The position numbers were made by a program, and so were the translations under genes. This document shows, one piece after another, positions 51,287-63,813 of a stretch of DNA of 64,000 nt (the stretch's first letter is position 1; each line of letters opens with the position of its first letter). Location of the stretch: contig OZ316892.1 in the NCBI GenBank assembly GCA_973895155.1, positions 7,299,251-7,363,250 on the forward strand. The letters are read 5' to 3'. This DNA is from Marsupella aquatica. Lineage: Eukaryota; Plantae; Marchantiophyta. The notes beneath the pieces were generated by a model. It made no database searches. It saw nothing but the letters and a program-made list of their open reading frames with translations, and was not told where the DNA came from.

Positions 51287-54000
51287 CGTGCCGGAATCGT
51301 TTGCAGAGTATCGTTTGCAGAGTATCTTCTCTGCTGCTCTTTTTTATACTCTCGAGCGAGACTAGGTGATGGATGGCACTTTTCACACAGAGACGAATCA
51401 AAGAGGCGAGAAAGCCAGATTCTACACATCAATGAAGTGGGAGCTCACCCTCTCATAAACACAATTCTCTTGGATCTGGACGCTCGTTTTCCTCCTCATT
51501 GCGATCAAACACAGTGACGTGATCGAGAACGCTCTATTCAAGATCCCTCTTGTACAGAGGCATTTGTAGTGGACACATGGGAGAGCCCCGTTTCTGTCAG
51601 GAGGCTTCCTGTCGTTCCGCTTTGTGTGCTACATTGCTTGGGCACGAAGTAAAGGATCTTTCCTCAGCAACCTCAACTAAATCTACCGCGTATCCACTCC
51701 ACGATCTTTCCTCATCGACCAGGACGGAATCCGCCCCTTCTGCTTCCTTTCCATGATCTTCCCTCATGGAACCGAATCTGCCTCTCTTTCTTCGTATCAA
51801 CGATCCAGCGCTGTCACATTCTTCGTATCTACGATCCAGAGCTTTCTTGTTGATTCAGAAAGCGGTAAACAAGGGGTCCCTTCCTGGCTGGACCTGACCA
51901 CTACTTTTGTTCTCCAGTGAAGTCAGGCTTACTTGAAATTAAGAACAGTCCAATGTCACATGCCTCCCAAAGTGGGGTCATCTGCAATTCATGGAGGACG
52001 GGGATAACTTGAGAACACTGCACGGGTGAGAGTTGAGGAGAGATGCACGAGTGAGAGTTGAGGAGACGCCACCAGAGAAATTCTACCTCACTCAAATCTC
52101 TTCGCCATTTTTGGCCAAAATTAGCGAGACTTGTTGTCCTACATACCAGTTTCCCACCTAGCCACAGACCCTATAATCCAGAATCTGACGGTTATCATTA
52201 ATTCTAGTGCGCTCTAACGGTGAGAAATTAATCCAAGCAAACTAAATAAGACATTCTTAGCATCTTCTCCTTCACACAAGGTGCCATTCTAAACCTTGGC
52301 AAACAAGAGAAACCCTTAAAAATTCCCCTGGAGACCACAGCTGTACATCAAAACCCTCAGTAGGCCGGACTACATATGCAGCAATCAACTTCTGTAAATG
52401 ACGATCATGCCTATGAGGAAGGAACAGACAACAGACGTAAATTTATCTCACCAAACTGCTTTCCAATGAATTATATCTCATTGAGACAATCCTCTTCGGT
52501 CCAGTCTTCAGCCTTCCACTGTGTGAGAGTGAGTCTTACTATCCGCTTCCTGCTATACAGAAATCACGGTTTAAAGTCGAGCGGAATGCTTTAGCGAGAA
52601 GGTCAACTTGGATTCTACACGAGGGGAGTATGAGGAGCTATTATCTCAACCCATCCACTTGAATCTATTCTCCTGACTTCACCACTATTTACAACTGACT
52701 CACCTCATAAGCCAAATTTGAGTGGTCTAGTGCACAGTAGGTGGCAGCTCCGTATCACTACAATGCAAAATATGCACAAGCGCCAGTTTGGTCTTCATGC
52801 ATTTTCAAGTTGACTGCAAACCTCCTTGACTCCACTGGCTGCTTTGAAATATGGCCATCAGCACCAGTGACAATGTGGACCAAGAGAGCCAACCATCATA
52901 CGGCTATGAAGCTGTGACCCCTTTCATTGACCCGGTTAATCAGCCAGCAGCGAGATGTCTTTCACAAATTACCCCGTCATCTACATCCATAAGCAGTTGG
53001 ATCAAAGAAAACCAAATCTTTGAACCAGACCCCGTAATCAGACACTGCTAAACACTGGAAATCCAAACAGCATCCTTAATCAGTGACTCCGATGCCACAC
53101 AGAAAAAGCCGAAAAAAAAGGCGCAGGACCCTGCCAAGGCTGTAGGTTTCAGAGCGTTCATTGAGCACAGCACTCGGCAGATAGGCGCCCAGAAGAAGGT
53201 AATCCCAGAAGTACCAATTTTCCAAGAGCTCCAATGCGTGACCACAGTACGACATGAGACAGAGAATAGATCTTCAATCCAAAGGAAGAAAATCGAGGTT
53301 AGGGTTGCAATATTGCAAAATCTTTGACCAACCCACAAATCCTCAAAAGAACATAACCAATCCTGCTCTTCGTCACAAAAAGGGCTAAAGCGTGCAAGTT
53401 CATTATCAAGGTCAATGTATGCCAACAACTGTCAACCATAACCTGCCTGCACCGAGTGTAGCGCCAGAAACTCCCAAGTCTAGTCTAGACACAGCAGCAA
53501 ATCTGAAGCGTGTCATTACAAGAGAAACTATGCAATGGTAGAAGAGGCACTCTGTGTCTTACTGACAAATCGATCGGTGTCATAACCTGGTCATGCATCT
53601 GTTTCCAACATATAAACTAAGTGCCAAGAATCTTACATGAGCTCCCGCAGATGCACAAATGAATCGCGACGACGCTTGACTTAGAAGTACTCGACTCCAA
53701 GATGGCTTCCTAAGACACTGTAATCCGGGTAAAAATGTGGCGCTGTCAGCTGATCCGGGCTAACGAATTTCAAATTAGCAGACTACCAAATGGCCAACTC
53801 CAACACCTCGGGACTCTCGCAGGAGGGAACAAAAATGCAGAGTTCATGTCACCCAACAAGCTTTAGTGTTTACTATGTACAAGCAGGGAAAATCCTGGCC
53901 ATCCATACGACGCATCTTTCTAATTGTTCTCCCGAGGCAGAATTGAGTATGATGTGGGGACGTTTCGGGTAAAATGAGAATGTAAAGAAAGTTGAGGCTA

Positions 54001-55134
54001 TCAATTTCTGCCTATTGGAAGAGATCTACAGCTATACGTCTCTCTCAGGTCGTGTTTACTTGAGGATGTAAAAATTGAAGCGAAAACTTCCTTAGTGGCG
54101 TTTGCGGGCAACAGAGCTTCGGCTGCTTTGAATTTCTTCGATGGCTGAATCAAGTCAGATCCCTTCGGCCTCACCACCCCTTCATCTGGAACTTTAACAG
54201 CAATCTCTGTCTTCCTTTTGGAGCCATTGGAAGCAGGTGGGCGTAGAAATTCAGTGCTATTGAGCACATCCTGAGAAACCGCTGCATCAGTCTCCCTGGT
54301 GACCACTGCCACATGGCCATTCTGAGATTTTTTTCCCTTCTTATCTCCACGAGACTTGGCCTTGTCTTCTTCCCATCTTTCACGCATGGCTATGACCTCT
54401 TCCTCCGTTCCGTTAATGACCATCTTGTCAGTCTCCACGTAAGGAACATAACACACGAGGCAAGCAGTCGTCTTGACCTCCTTCAACGCCTTCTCACTCA
54501 GAACATGACCACAACCTCTAAGAGCCACAAACCTAAACTTCCCGTTGAATTCCAAACCGGTTATCGGACATTGAAATTTTGTCTCAACGCTTTCATCATC
54601 CGGGGAGATACCAGATATGGAAGACAAGTGGATGTCAATAACATCCTTCAAACCCTTAATCACGTGCCTCAGCTTTTTCGGTACACTCTTTGTTAGTAAC
54701 GCCTGCACAACAGCCTCTTTGTTGTACAAATTGCCTAGATAATCCATCACACATGGCGGTTTCAATGATTCAGCAGAAATTGTACAGCGAGTCGATTTCG
54801 CGAGTTTAGCTTCATAAGGATCAAACTTATCTGGTTTCTTATCAGCATACATCTTCAGATAGCAGTCTCGCGACTCGGCTCCGGTGGCTCCTCCATCTCC
54901 TCCTCCACCGCATAACCGCAACCCTAGAGTTAGGGTACTGTACTCACGGACACCAGATTCCGAAATGAAAGCCTCATCCGACAAAATTCTCCCACCGTAA
55001 AACATGTAAAGCCTCTCCGACAACGAGGCAGAACCCTCCGAAATAACCATACATTTCACACGAGCCACAGTGTGATTTGGGTCGACCCGCAACGCTACAG
55101 TTCGGCCAGATAGTTTCTTCACAAACAGCTGCAT
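54001..55134 (-). CDS. RTF2: Replication termination factor 2 with N-terminal ubiquitin-like domain
   Basis: Ubiquitin fold (MQLFVKKLSGRT...LRLCGG), then GGDGGATGAESRDCYL, GNLYNKEAV, FQCPITGLEFNGKFRF..CGHV (Rtf2 RING-like), C-terminal SIFTSS..ETYSCRSLPIGRN. Confidence 0.93.
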   Translation of the reverse strand: MQLFVKKLSGRTVALRVDPNHTVARVKCMVISEGSASLSERLYMFYGGRILSDEAFISESGVREYSTLTLGLRLCGGGGDGGATGAESRDCYLKMYADKKPDKFDPYEAKLAKSTRCTISAESLKPPCVMDYLGNLYNKEAVVQALLTKSVPKKLRHVIKGLKDVIDIHLSSISGISPDDESVETKFQCPITGLEFNGKFRFVALRGCGHVLSEKALKEVKTTACLVCYVPYVETDKMVINGTEEEVIAMRERWEEDKAKSRGDKKGKKSQNGHVAVVTRETDAAVSQDVLNSTEFLRPPASNGSKRKTEIAVKVPDEGVVRPKGSDLIQPSKKFKAAEALLPANATKEVFASIFTSSSKHDLRETYSCRSLPIGRN

Positions 55135-56259
55135 CTTTCTAGTTTCCTCGTTCTGATCGTCCTCCTGCTATAATCCTGGCCCTAATTCTTTCCTGCACCA
55201 AACTATTGTCCTCCAGAATGCTTTATGTCAGTTTCACACTATCCTTATCAAACTTTTGGGCAGATCAAATTTGACAATCTCCCCGGCTTCCTCGTCCTGA
55301 TGCTGAAGCCGTTCCTAGCCTTTTTCTGCAGCTTACTGTAGTGCTCTTGAATGCTTTGCCTTCAGGCTAACCTTCTCCGACTTTCCTGGATGCCAATTTC
55401 AATCACACGCGATAGACTACAACTCTCGCACCGATTGATTGCTCACGTCTCTTGTTGCCCTAATCCTTTCCTGCAGCTTGATATTGTGCCCCAAATTCTT
55501 CGCCCCTACGCTACTATTAACAAACTTTCCCGGACGCCAATTTCAACGATTCCCCTGCTCGGCACACGCGATGGACAGCAATGACTCTCAAACCCTCCAT
55601 CAATCTCAATTCGTTTGCTCCATTTCAGACGACTTCTTGGATTGATCGACTTAAATCCTCTCCACGAAAAGAACGCCAAATCAACTCCTTCCTCGCCCTC
55701 CTAGTGCTGAAGACTACCGTGGTCCTAGTGCCGAACCGCCATATCCTGCAGCTTTGCGATTGAGCTCCGGAATGTTTCGTGCCTTCACGCGGACCTTCTA
55801 ATAAGCAATCCTTCGTTTCCTGGATGCCAATTTCGACGAACATCCTAGTGACCGTGTCTGTCTAAGTGCAAAAGGAATGCACTATGCTATAAGTGCACGG
55901 GTCATCATTTATGCATTTATCCAGATCCATATGTGCACGGTCTGCACGGTCTGCACTCTGCACTATCTTATATGGCCCTTGCTTTCTCCCATTTTTTTCT
56001 GCTCAGGAGTTCCAAGAAATCTAAACCTAGTCCAAAACCCAAATTTTGGGCCAACTTAAATTTCAGGATTTCAAGTTTGAGATGGCTTTCAAAACTATCC
56101 CACAGGTAAGCTGGGCGAGGACAATTTTAGAATGGTTGCTGACGGGTGTGAACTATTCTTGAAGGTCGCCGACGCATATTGTGCAAAACAACTTTTGGTG
56201 CGGACGGCAGTGCAGAGACCACCCGAGTTATTGATGGTCACCTTTTGTGGGACCTGTAT

Positions 56260-56895
56260 ATTTTTGTTTCTCACCTTGACATCTTTTTTCACCTTTATAT
56301 CTTCATTATCTTTTTCTCATCTTGCCTTCTTTTCTCACCTTGGTATCTTTATCTCACCAACATCTTTCCCTCACCCTCGACATCTTTTCTCTCATTGACA
56401 TCTTTTTCTCATCTTTAAATCTTTTTCTCACCTCCATTCTTTTTTCTCTTATCTCCATCTTTTTTCATCTCAACATCTTTTCTTCACCTCGACATCTTTT
56501 GTGCAATGCACATGCATCGGGCTACTTAAAAGCTAGAATACACTCTCAAGTTAACTTATGGTGTGGTCGCCATTCAAAATCGTCGGGCTCTTTTGAGTGA
56601 AAGATATCAAAACACAGAAAAACCAAGGGTTAGCAACCAAGAAAAAACATGTTGTCCCTTGGATGCAGGTTGTGGCTATTGAGCCCCGTCCGACTGCCTC
56701 CGACATCCGCCTCCTACCTGGCCCCAACAACGTTCGCCTCCTTCCGCTCTGAGAACCCTGAGAAGGATATCTTTGCCACTTTGACATGATTACATCTTTT
56801 TACTTTCTAACATCTTTGGTGCCACAACATCTTTTTATTTAACTACATTTTTTTTTTATAGAACAACATATTTTGTGCAACACATCAGCTAGTTT
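56260..56895 (+). mobile_element. Helitron remnants with the same minisatellite family as 29090-29470
   Basis: (TCACCTCGACATCTTTT)-type units, then GTGCAATGCAC..GCTAG (~56500-56536) and GTGCAACAC..GCTAGT (~56876-56893). Confidence 0.6.
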
Positions 56896-57429
56896 ATGAA
56901 ATGAAGTCACTAAACCTATTTGAAGTTACTAGTCCAATGCCAGGGCCTCACCCCACACTATGGGAAGGGAAAACTCAGGTTTGTTTTTTTTCTTTCCTGT
57001 TCCCATCTCCCATCCTCTCCCTCCCCTATCTGCATCAGGGAGGCAGTGGGCACATCAGGGAGGCAATGGGCACAGGGGCGGGTCAGGGAGAGCAAGGACA
57101 AGGCAAGGATGGGACATAGGCAGGCTGGTAGGCACCCGGAGGGCAAGGCCTACACAAGTATAGGGTAATGCAGGTCTGGGCTCAGGGTTACTAGGCTATA
57201 ACCTTGCATTCTGAATATGAAAAGAAGCTGACTGGCGGCAGTTGAAAAGATTCTTTGAATATTCCGGGAGCAGGTTACAATCTATAATCCCAGCCTACAT
57301 AATTCCTGCCCAGAAAGAGGTTACCTGTTTGTCAGGTTAGCAAATTATGACTATAGTAGGCCCTGCAGAAATGGTTACACACTAGGAAACCAGGGCAGGC
57401 ACATAGGCCCGAACAGAGAGCAAAGCTGG

Positions 57430-58680
57430 TGGGGTTTAGGGGCGGATCCAAGGGTGATGAAAAACCATTTTTCAGGTAATGTTCCAGATTCAGGTTTTTT
57501 TTTGGTATTTTAGCACATATCAACCAGACTCGGGCTGGCTAGGCAAGGCAGTCACAACAAAGGATGAGACTGGTGAGACGCGAGGGTTTTAAGGGCGGAT
57601 CCAAGGGCATTGAAAAGCCATTTTCGGGTAACAGACAGGATTCATCGCCGCCTTTTTGGTTTCTTTACGGACCCCACTAGAGGTCCCTTCCAAAATTCCT
57701 GGCACCATAGCGTGCCACGTCAATAACAATCGCAACAAACAAGACTCGTCGGTTTTGTGAATCAAATTTATAGTTTTGATTCGTGTTTGTGACAATTTGG
57801 ATGTAAATTTTGGGACGCCATGCCGTAAAAAGAAAAAGAAAAACATTGAAAATACAAAGAGCAAGATGGTTAAAACTGTCACTATGTAACCGTTTTAGTT
57901 ATATTTCCAATTTTAAAACTTAAATTCAAAGATTTATAAAAAGTATTTTTCATATAATAAATAATAACTAATAACTAACTTGATAACTTCCTTGTTAAAC
58001 CGCAACTCCCGGTAAGGACCTCTCGTATTGTACGGCCATTAATGCTGGGAAGAGCACATAGAAACCCAGGATAGGGGAGGAGGAATGGCTGGAATCTTGA
58101 AAGTTCATCGAATTTTATATTCAAAACTATTTACTCATTCTCAAAACAAAAAATACCCAGTCGTAGATCTCATTGAGATCTTTCTTTTGCACCCTAGATC
58201 GCCTTCTAACATGGATGAATAAGATTTCTAGAGGCATTACAAAATGGACGGCAAAGATCATAAAATCAACAAAATCGACAGCTAAGATCATAAAATCAAC
58301 AAAATCGATGGTTAGGAAGGCTTGGATTTGTTTAATTTTTCATTTGAAAATATTAACCCATTTGCAAAACGGACAGAACCCATCCATAGATCTATTTGAG
58401 ATCTTTCTTTTGAGCCATAGATTGGTCATTATGATGGAAAAAAGAAATTTCCGGAGATAAGAAATGGAGACAACTAGATTGACTAGCCAAGAGGTCCACT
58501 AACTAATTAACACATATCAACGAGACTTGGGCGGGCGAGGACAGGTACACTAGGCCTTTAGGGAGTTTAGGAGGAGGCTGGTGAGGCAGGGGGGTTTAAT
58601 AATAGGGGCGGGTCCAAGGGCGGCAAAAAACCATTTTTCAGGCCACCGTCAGGATTCCTTCCCGCCATTTTTGTTTTTTA
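57430..58680. repeat. Three direct copies of AGGGCGG(A/G)TCCAAGGG..AAAA(C/G)CATTTT, probable DNA-transposon termini
   Basis: Copies at ~57437, ~57590 and ~58604 flank AT-rich DNA. Confidence 0.55.
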
Positions 58681-59438
58681 AAATTGGATATTATGGTGTG
58701 TCATGTAATACAGTAGTAATAATGATAATAGACTAGATTGATAGAATGATAGCTCTCATGGCTCGTCTCCAACAGAGAACAAATAGCCGTCATGGTAACA
58801 GTCAACGAACGAGGTAGGAATCAGCTGAAATTAGGTGAGCTATGCCGAACAACATTCGGGTCAATTTCATCGGTGATCAATACAGGTAGCTCGATCTCTG
58901 TCTCTGAAACACCCATAGCAGGTTGATCCAATTGAATCATGTTTTCAAATCGATGTATGATGAACGTTGGTGAGTTCTGAAGCAGCTGAGTTTGAAATCC
59001 TGCAATTCTTCAGTTTGTCTAAAGAGAGAAACTAGAGAACATTGTGATCGCTGATCCGAAGCATCATCGAGGCGCGATGTGAGTGGGGTGGTGTACCGAA
59101 CTCCATTCAATTATGCAGCCAACTCTCGGGCTGATTGCGTTCATAGAGTAGGTTTGGATTGGACTTCCGCAAATCAGCGTGCAGCAAGTGGGCATTCTCG
59201 ACGTCCTGAATTTGTGTTTTCATCAGCTCCCAAACACACACTGCAAATTACTGCAGAACAGTCTGCCATTGCAAGAAGTGATGGCCAACGCAGCGGCCTG
59301 AGGTGAGGTCGCAGGACTAGCTTATATGATACACGGAAAGCCAAGGTTGTCTCCGAAAGCAGAGGCCGAAAATTTTATCAGCCCCAATTCCGAGATCTCG
59401 GAACGTAATTTTGTCTTGGCTCAGAGCTTTGGAGCAAG

Positions 59439-59960
59439 ATGGCGTTAGCAACTCTCCGCTACTGTTGGCTCATGACCGCTGTCGTTGCATTGGCAGTCGA
59501 TGGCCGCGTTTTCGCTGCACCCTGGACGGCACCGTTCAACAGATTCGCTTATGCTCCAATCCACTCGCATAACTCGGCGCTTGCTATGGAGCAACGAGCA
59601 CATCCGCCGGTACCGAGGCGTCCAACTACTACGGTCTTGCCGCTTCACCTTTCGCCGTACCCTTTGTTCCACACTCTGCCATATCCACTGCCCCGTCCGC
59701 TTCTGTGTCCGCGCGTTGGCTATCCTCCTTACGCAGCAGTAGATCAGCATGGCCTCCTTCCTCCACAAGCTTTCCGCCAGAAACAAGCTCTCTACCAAAA
59801 CATTTTCTCTCAAGTTCCTCTCGCGCCGGCCCCTTTCGCTTGGCAACCTCTCCCCTTTTACCCGATGCCTTACACGTTCCTCTGCCGCCCGTTCCCGTTT
59901 CCGTTCCCGTTCCCGCTCCCTTTTCCTCATCCTTACACTGGTGCTCCTCCCCCTAGATAG
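59439..59960 (+). CDS. Putative secreted proline-rich protein
   Basis: ATG in a good context (AAGATGG), hydrophobic signal peptide (LMTAVVALAVDG), Pro/Tyr/Phe-rich body and a (PF)n tail. Confidence 0.6.
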   Translation: MALATLRYCWLMTAVVALAVDGRVFAAPWTAPFNRFAYAPIHSHNSALAMEQRAHPPVPRRPTTTVLPLHLSPYPLFHTLPYPLPRPLLCPRVGYPPYAAVDQHGLLPPQAFRQKQALYQNIFSQVPLAPAPFAWQPLPFYPMPYTFLCRPFPFPFPFPLPFPHPYTGAPPPR

Positions 59961-61267
59961 ATCGATTTCGCACAATCCTGAGCTTTCTAACTCGGGCCGC
60001 AATTCTCGACAGATTGCAAGTTTTACCATAGGCAGATGCGGCAGCTTGATATCAATTCCAATTGCGTTTCCAAGGTCGTGTCAAACGGGTTTCACTTCGT
60101 CTCATTTTTGGATGCCAATGCTCACACACCGTAGCAATTACATCCTTCGATGTAGGGGTCTCCATGCCATCGGTAGACATGAATGATCAGCACAGAAAGG
60201 GGATGGTCTGACAGAGGAAAAATGCGATGTTGGAAATGACAGCAAGTTCCTTGTTTAGAGGCTTCCACGGAAAGATGTCACATCGACATGGCAGAACGAT
60301 AGTACTATTGCGACAAAAGGTCAAGATGGCGGTGTGTTCCTTTCTCGAGGGTGAATTTCTTACTTCCTGGGATGAAAGACTGGACGATGTGGCGTTTCTT
60401 GTTGCTGGCGGTTTCCCTTGTAGATTATTCGATCGGTATTCCTCCGACGGGGCTCCAGATGTCTGTTATCGAGCTAAAGTAGCTGCCTGGCCTGCTCTAC
60501 AATCAACTAGCAATCCGGGAGGAAGAAGAGCAATCTCGATTGTGTTTGGTAGAGAAGCACAGCTAATTTTGCTGCAATTTTGGCGCAGCTCTAGAATACA
60601 TTCTAACGAAAGTTTGTCTTGGCCCAAGCGCACAAAGCCAGTGTAAACATCAGAACGGATGCCATTAGAAAAATAAAAATATTCGCGCTACTAGGCAAAA
60701 TTGGCTCTTTCTCTTCAGGTACTACTGAAAGTAAATATGGCCAAGATGAGAGGCTGTCAACCCCATCAGTTGTAGACTCAGATAGTGAGGCTTGGCGTCT
60801 TCATCATTTCCTTGGTGTCGTTTTTCTCGTAGTGGCCACATTGAGTCGGAAAATTTACTCTCGACTGACGTCGTCGAGTCACTGTTTCAAATTGACAGCC
60901 CCGCTAGTCATCTCGACGGCCTTGGTGAGTAGGAAAGTTCCACATGCAGATGACTGATGGGAGCGACTTGTACTTGATACCGACGACTGATAATTGATGG
61001 GGTTGTAATACTAGATGAGTGATGAGCTGGAACGTCACTTAATTTGGTGAGAGTAAGCTGTCTGTACAACTGTCATCGATAAATATAAAGAATGTGTGCA
61101 GCTTTGGGAAAGAGTAAACGAAATTTAGTTCTCAAAAGCTTGGTCGTCATGATTTGCATGGCAATGAAACATTAGTCGTTCATCTGTATCATTAGTCTTA
61201 TACTTCAAAGAATTGGTGAAATGAAGGTTGATCACTCTTCTAAGCCCACAAAACAAGTAACCTCCTA

Positions 61268-61525
61268 TTCTTGCAAGGACTGTAGAGAGTGGCTCATAAA
61301 ATAAACTCTGGTTGAGGTGATGGGGTTGTGCTGTGAGCTCAAAGTTGTGCCATTCGCGAAGCTGTCTCATCTAGTCCAGCAGAACAGACGGTGGTTTAAG
61401 CTTATGTTCTTGCAAGGACACAGTGACTCATAAAATAAACTCTGGTTGTGGTGATGGGGCTGTGCTGTGAGCTCAAACTTGTGCCATTCTCGAAGCTTTC
61501 TCACTAGCTCCAGCAGAACAGCCGG
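61268..61525. repeat. ~140-bp tandem duplication
   Basis: TTCTTGCAAGGAC..CTCATAAAATAAACTCTGGTTG..CCAGCAGAACAG occurs twice. Confidence 0.85.
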
Positions 61526-62389
61526 TAATTTAGAGCGAAGCTCATCCCGAAGCCCTTCTGGCAATTTCAGTCCGTATTTCAGCCGGTGATTTGGACAGAA
61601 GCACATCCTAAAGTCCTTCTGGCAAGTTGAGTCCCCATTCGAATCCTGAGTAGTTCAAAAGTTGAGTTTGCAACAAAGTTCTCAGATGGGCAAAAACAAT
61701 TGTCGAAGTGACCATTTCTGTGTTTACTCAAACTCAAATGAAAGAATGGCAAAGAATTTTTGCTGCAGTATCAGAAGACTAGCAGAGACTGTCAGTCAAT
61801 ACAGGAATTTTGCCCAAGAATGTTACGGGCTGCTTAAAACTGGAAATGGAACATTGAGTCACGGCGATTCAATGAGAGCTTCATCAAACAAATGCCATTT
61901 CAGAAAATCTTTCACAGAACAAGTACCGTGCCAACCTGTCCATTTGATTCAGAGCCTGTAGCAATACCATCCCTGCAGCCTCAAGCATGCAGACGATCTC
62001 CCCAAATTCATCCCCCTGTCTCGACAGATCAGTTCAATTCATTCCCCTTTCAAGCAACCCTAAACAGAATGCGAAGGGTAGAACTTGCTACCTCTGCTTC
62101 TTCTTCATACACACTGACGAGACATCTACTACTTCAAAGCAAATACTTTATTGAGAGACGAAAACCCACAGAGGGAGGTATACTTCCTAAGACGTTTCAA
62201 AGCCTTCAATGGTGGAAAATTGAAATGTAAATGAGTTTGCACTCTTCTGAGTTTTCAAGTACAATGTGTAACATCTACAAATAGACGAAATAAACCTGAC
62301 TCACCAATGAATTCGATTTTGTCATTATATGTAACACAGGTGTTCATGGTTAGTCCCTGCAGTTGTACATCAAAATGTGCACTCACACA

Positions 62390-63090
62390 GTTTGTTCTCT
62401 TCCACTGAGCCAGGGGCTGCCATGAAACTCACCCTCGTAATAAGAGGGAGTGGGAGTGCCAGGCCCCCAACACTGGGAGCCGCTGCCTCACACATAGTTC
62501 GTTCTCTTCCACTGGGCCAGGGGCCGCCCATGAAACTCACCCTCGTAATAAGAGGGAGTGGGAGTGCCATGCCTCCACAGTGGGAGCCGTTGCCTCGCAC
62601 CCTAAACTATTCTTTCTCCTTCGCTGGGCCAGGGGACGCCATGTTACGCACCTTCGTAACAAGAGGGAGTGGGAGTGCCAGGCCCTCCAAAGTGGACCCG
62701 TTACCTAACACAGTGTTCGTCCTCCTCCGCTGGGCCAGGGGCCGCCATGAAACCCACTCTCGTAATAAGAGGGAGCGGGAGTTGCACGCCCCGTCCGCAC
62801 GACAGTAAGTTACGTCCCTCTCACCTCACATACAACAAACAGTGCGTTCTACTCCGCTGGGCCGGGGGCCGCCATAAAACCAACTTTCGTAATAAGAGGG
62901 AGCGGGAGTCGCACGCCCCACCCGCACGACAGTAAGTTACGTCCCTCTCGCCTCACATACAACAACAGTGCCTTCGACTCCGCTGGGCCGGGGGCCGCCA
63001 TAAAACCCACTCTCTAATAATACGAGGGAGTGGGAGTCGCATGCCCCACCCGCACGACAGTAAGTTACGTCACATACAACAACAGTTCGT
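62390..63090. repeat. Six-unit GC-rich array (105-130 bp) with conserved ~60-bp hairpin core
   Basis: The core CTGGGCCAGGGGCCGCCATGAAAC.CAC.CTCGTAATAAGAGGGAG.GGGAGT recurs six times. Confidence 0.92.
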
Positions 63091-63813
63091 TGTTTTGATC
63101 ATGCGGTTTCTTTTCCTTCCCTTGCAGTTTGCTCACAGTTTGCACAGCACGAGGAGCTCCGCCTAAGCTCCGGCTCCCCGCCCTCTTCATTTTCTTACGA
63201 ACAGATGGGTGTGTAGTGTAGATGGATTGAAGGAAATTGATGGAGTGCGCCTTTCTCCCACCTGCCTCGATGCGTGCCGCACCTTCTTTCTCTCTCGATC
63301 TTACGAGGGTGGAGTCCCGATTACTGTTGTAGATACCAGATATTGAACAGACAACTGCTGTAGGCTGCTAACAGACAACCGAACCCGCGTTCGGGCCTCG
63401 ATCCCTCTTCCCTCATCCCGCCTCGCATTCTCGCCCTTTTGCTTTCTTCTTCACTCCGTATCAACCTTCCCGTGCTTTTGCTCCGTTTTTTTATCACTAC
63501 CTTGGCTTTCTTCTTCAGTGGGCCTAGACGGGCCTTCGAAACGCTTCTTGGTCCCTCGTGGTTGGACGGTAGATCGGGCGATATCATTCGCTGCGTTCTT
63601 GGCCTGAATCTTTGTTCATCGGGCTTGCCTTCTGTTGTGTGTCGTCTTGTCAGGAGGATACTGATTTTTAGGCGTATTCGTCAGGAGGATTCCGGGTAGA
63701 GAGGTCTTAGGGTTTATGGCCCTGTAGTTTCGTGTGTGTGAGCTTCGAGTTCATGCTGAGAGGTCGAGCCGTAAGGTGTCTGTAGTTGCTAACCGTGTGA
63801 TAGATCTGTAGGA

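Noticed and set aside
53048-53428. 126-aa ORF downstream of RTF2
   Set aside because: Non-ATG start and no motifs; probably RTF2 3' UTR or intron.
59445-60029. 194-aa antisense Arg/Glu-rich ORF
   Set aside because: Shadow of the Pro-rich plus-strand ORF.
62390-63090. CRISPR-like repeat/spacer array
   Set aside because: Repeats are ~60 bp and degenerate, the linkers are homologous to each other, there are no cas genes and the context is eukaryotic.
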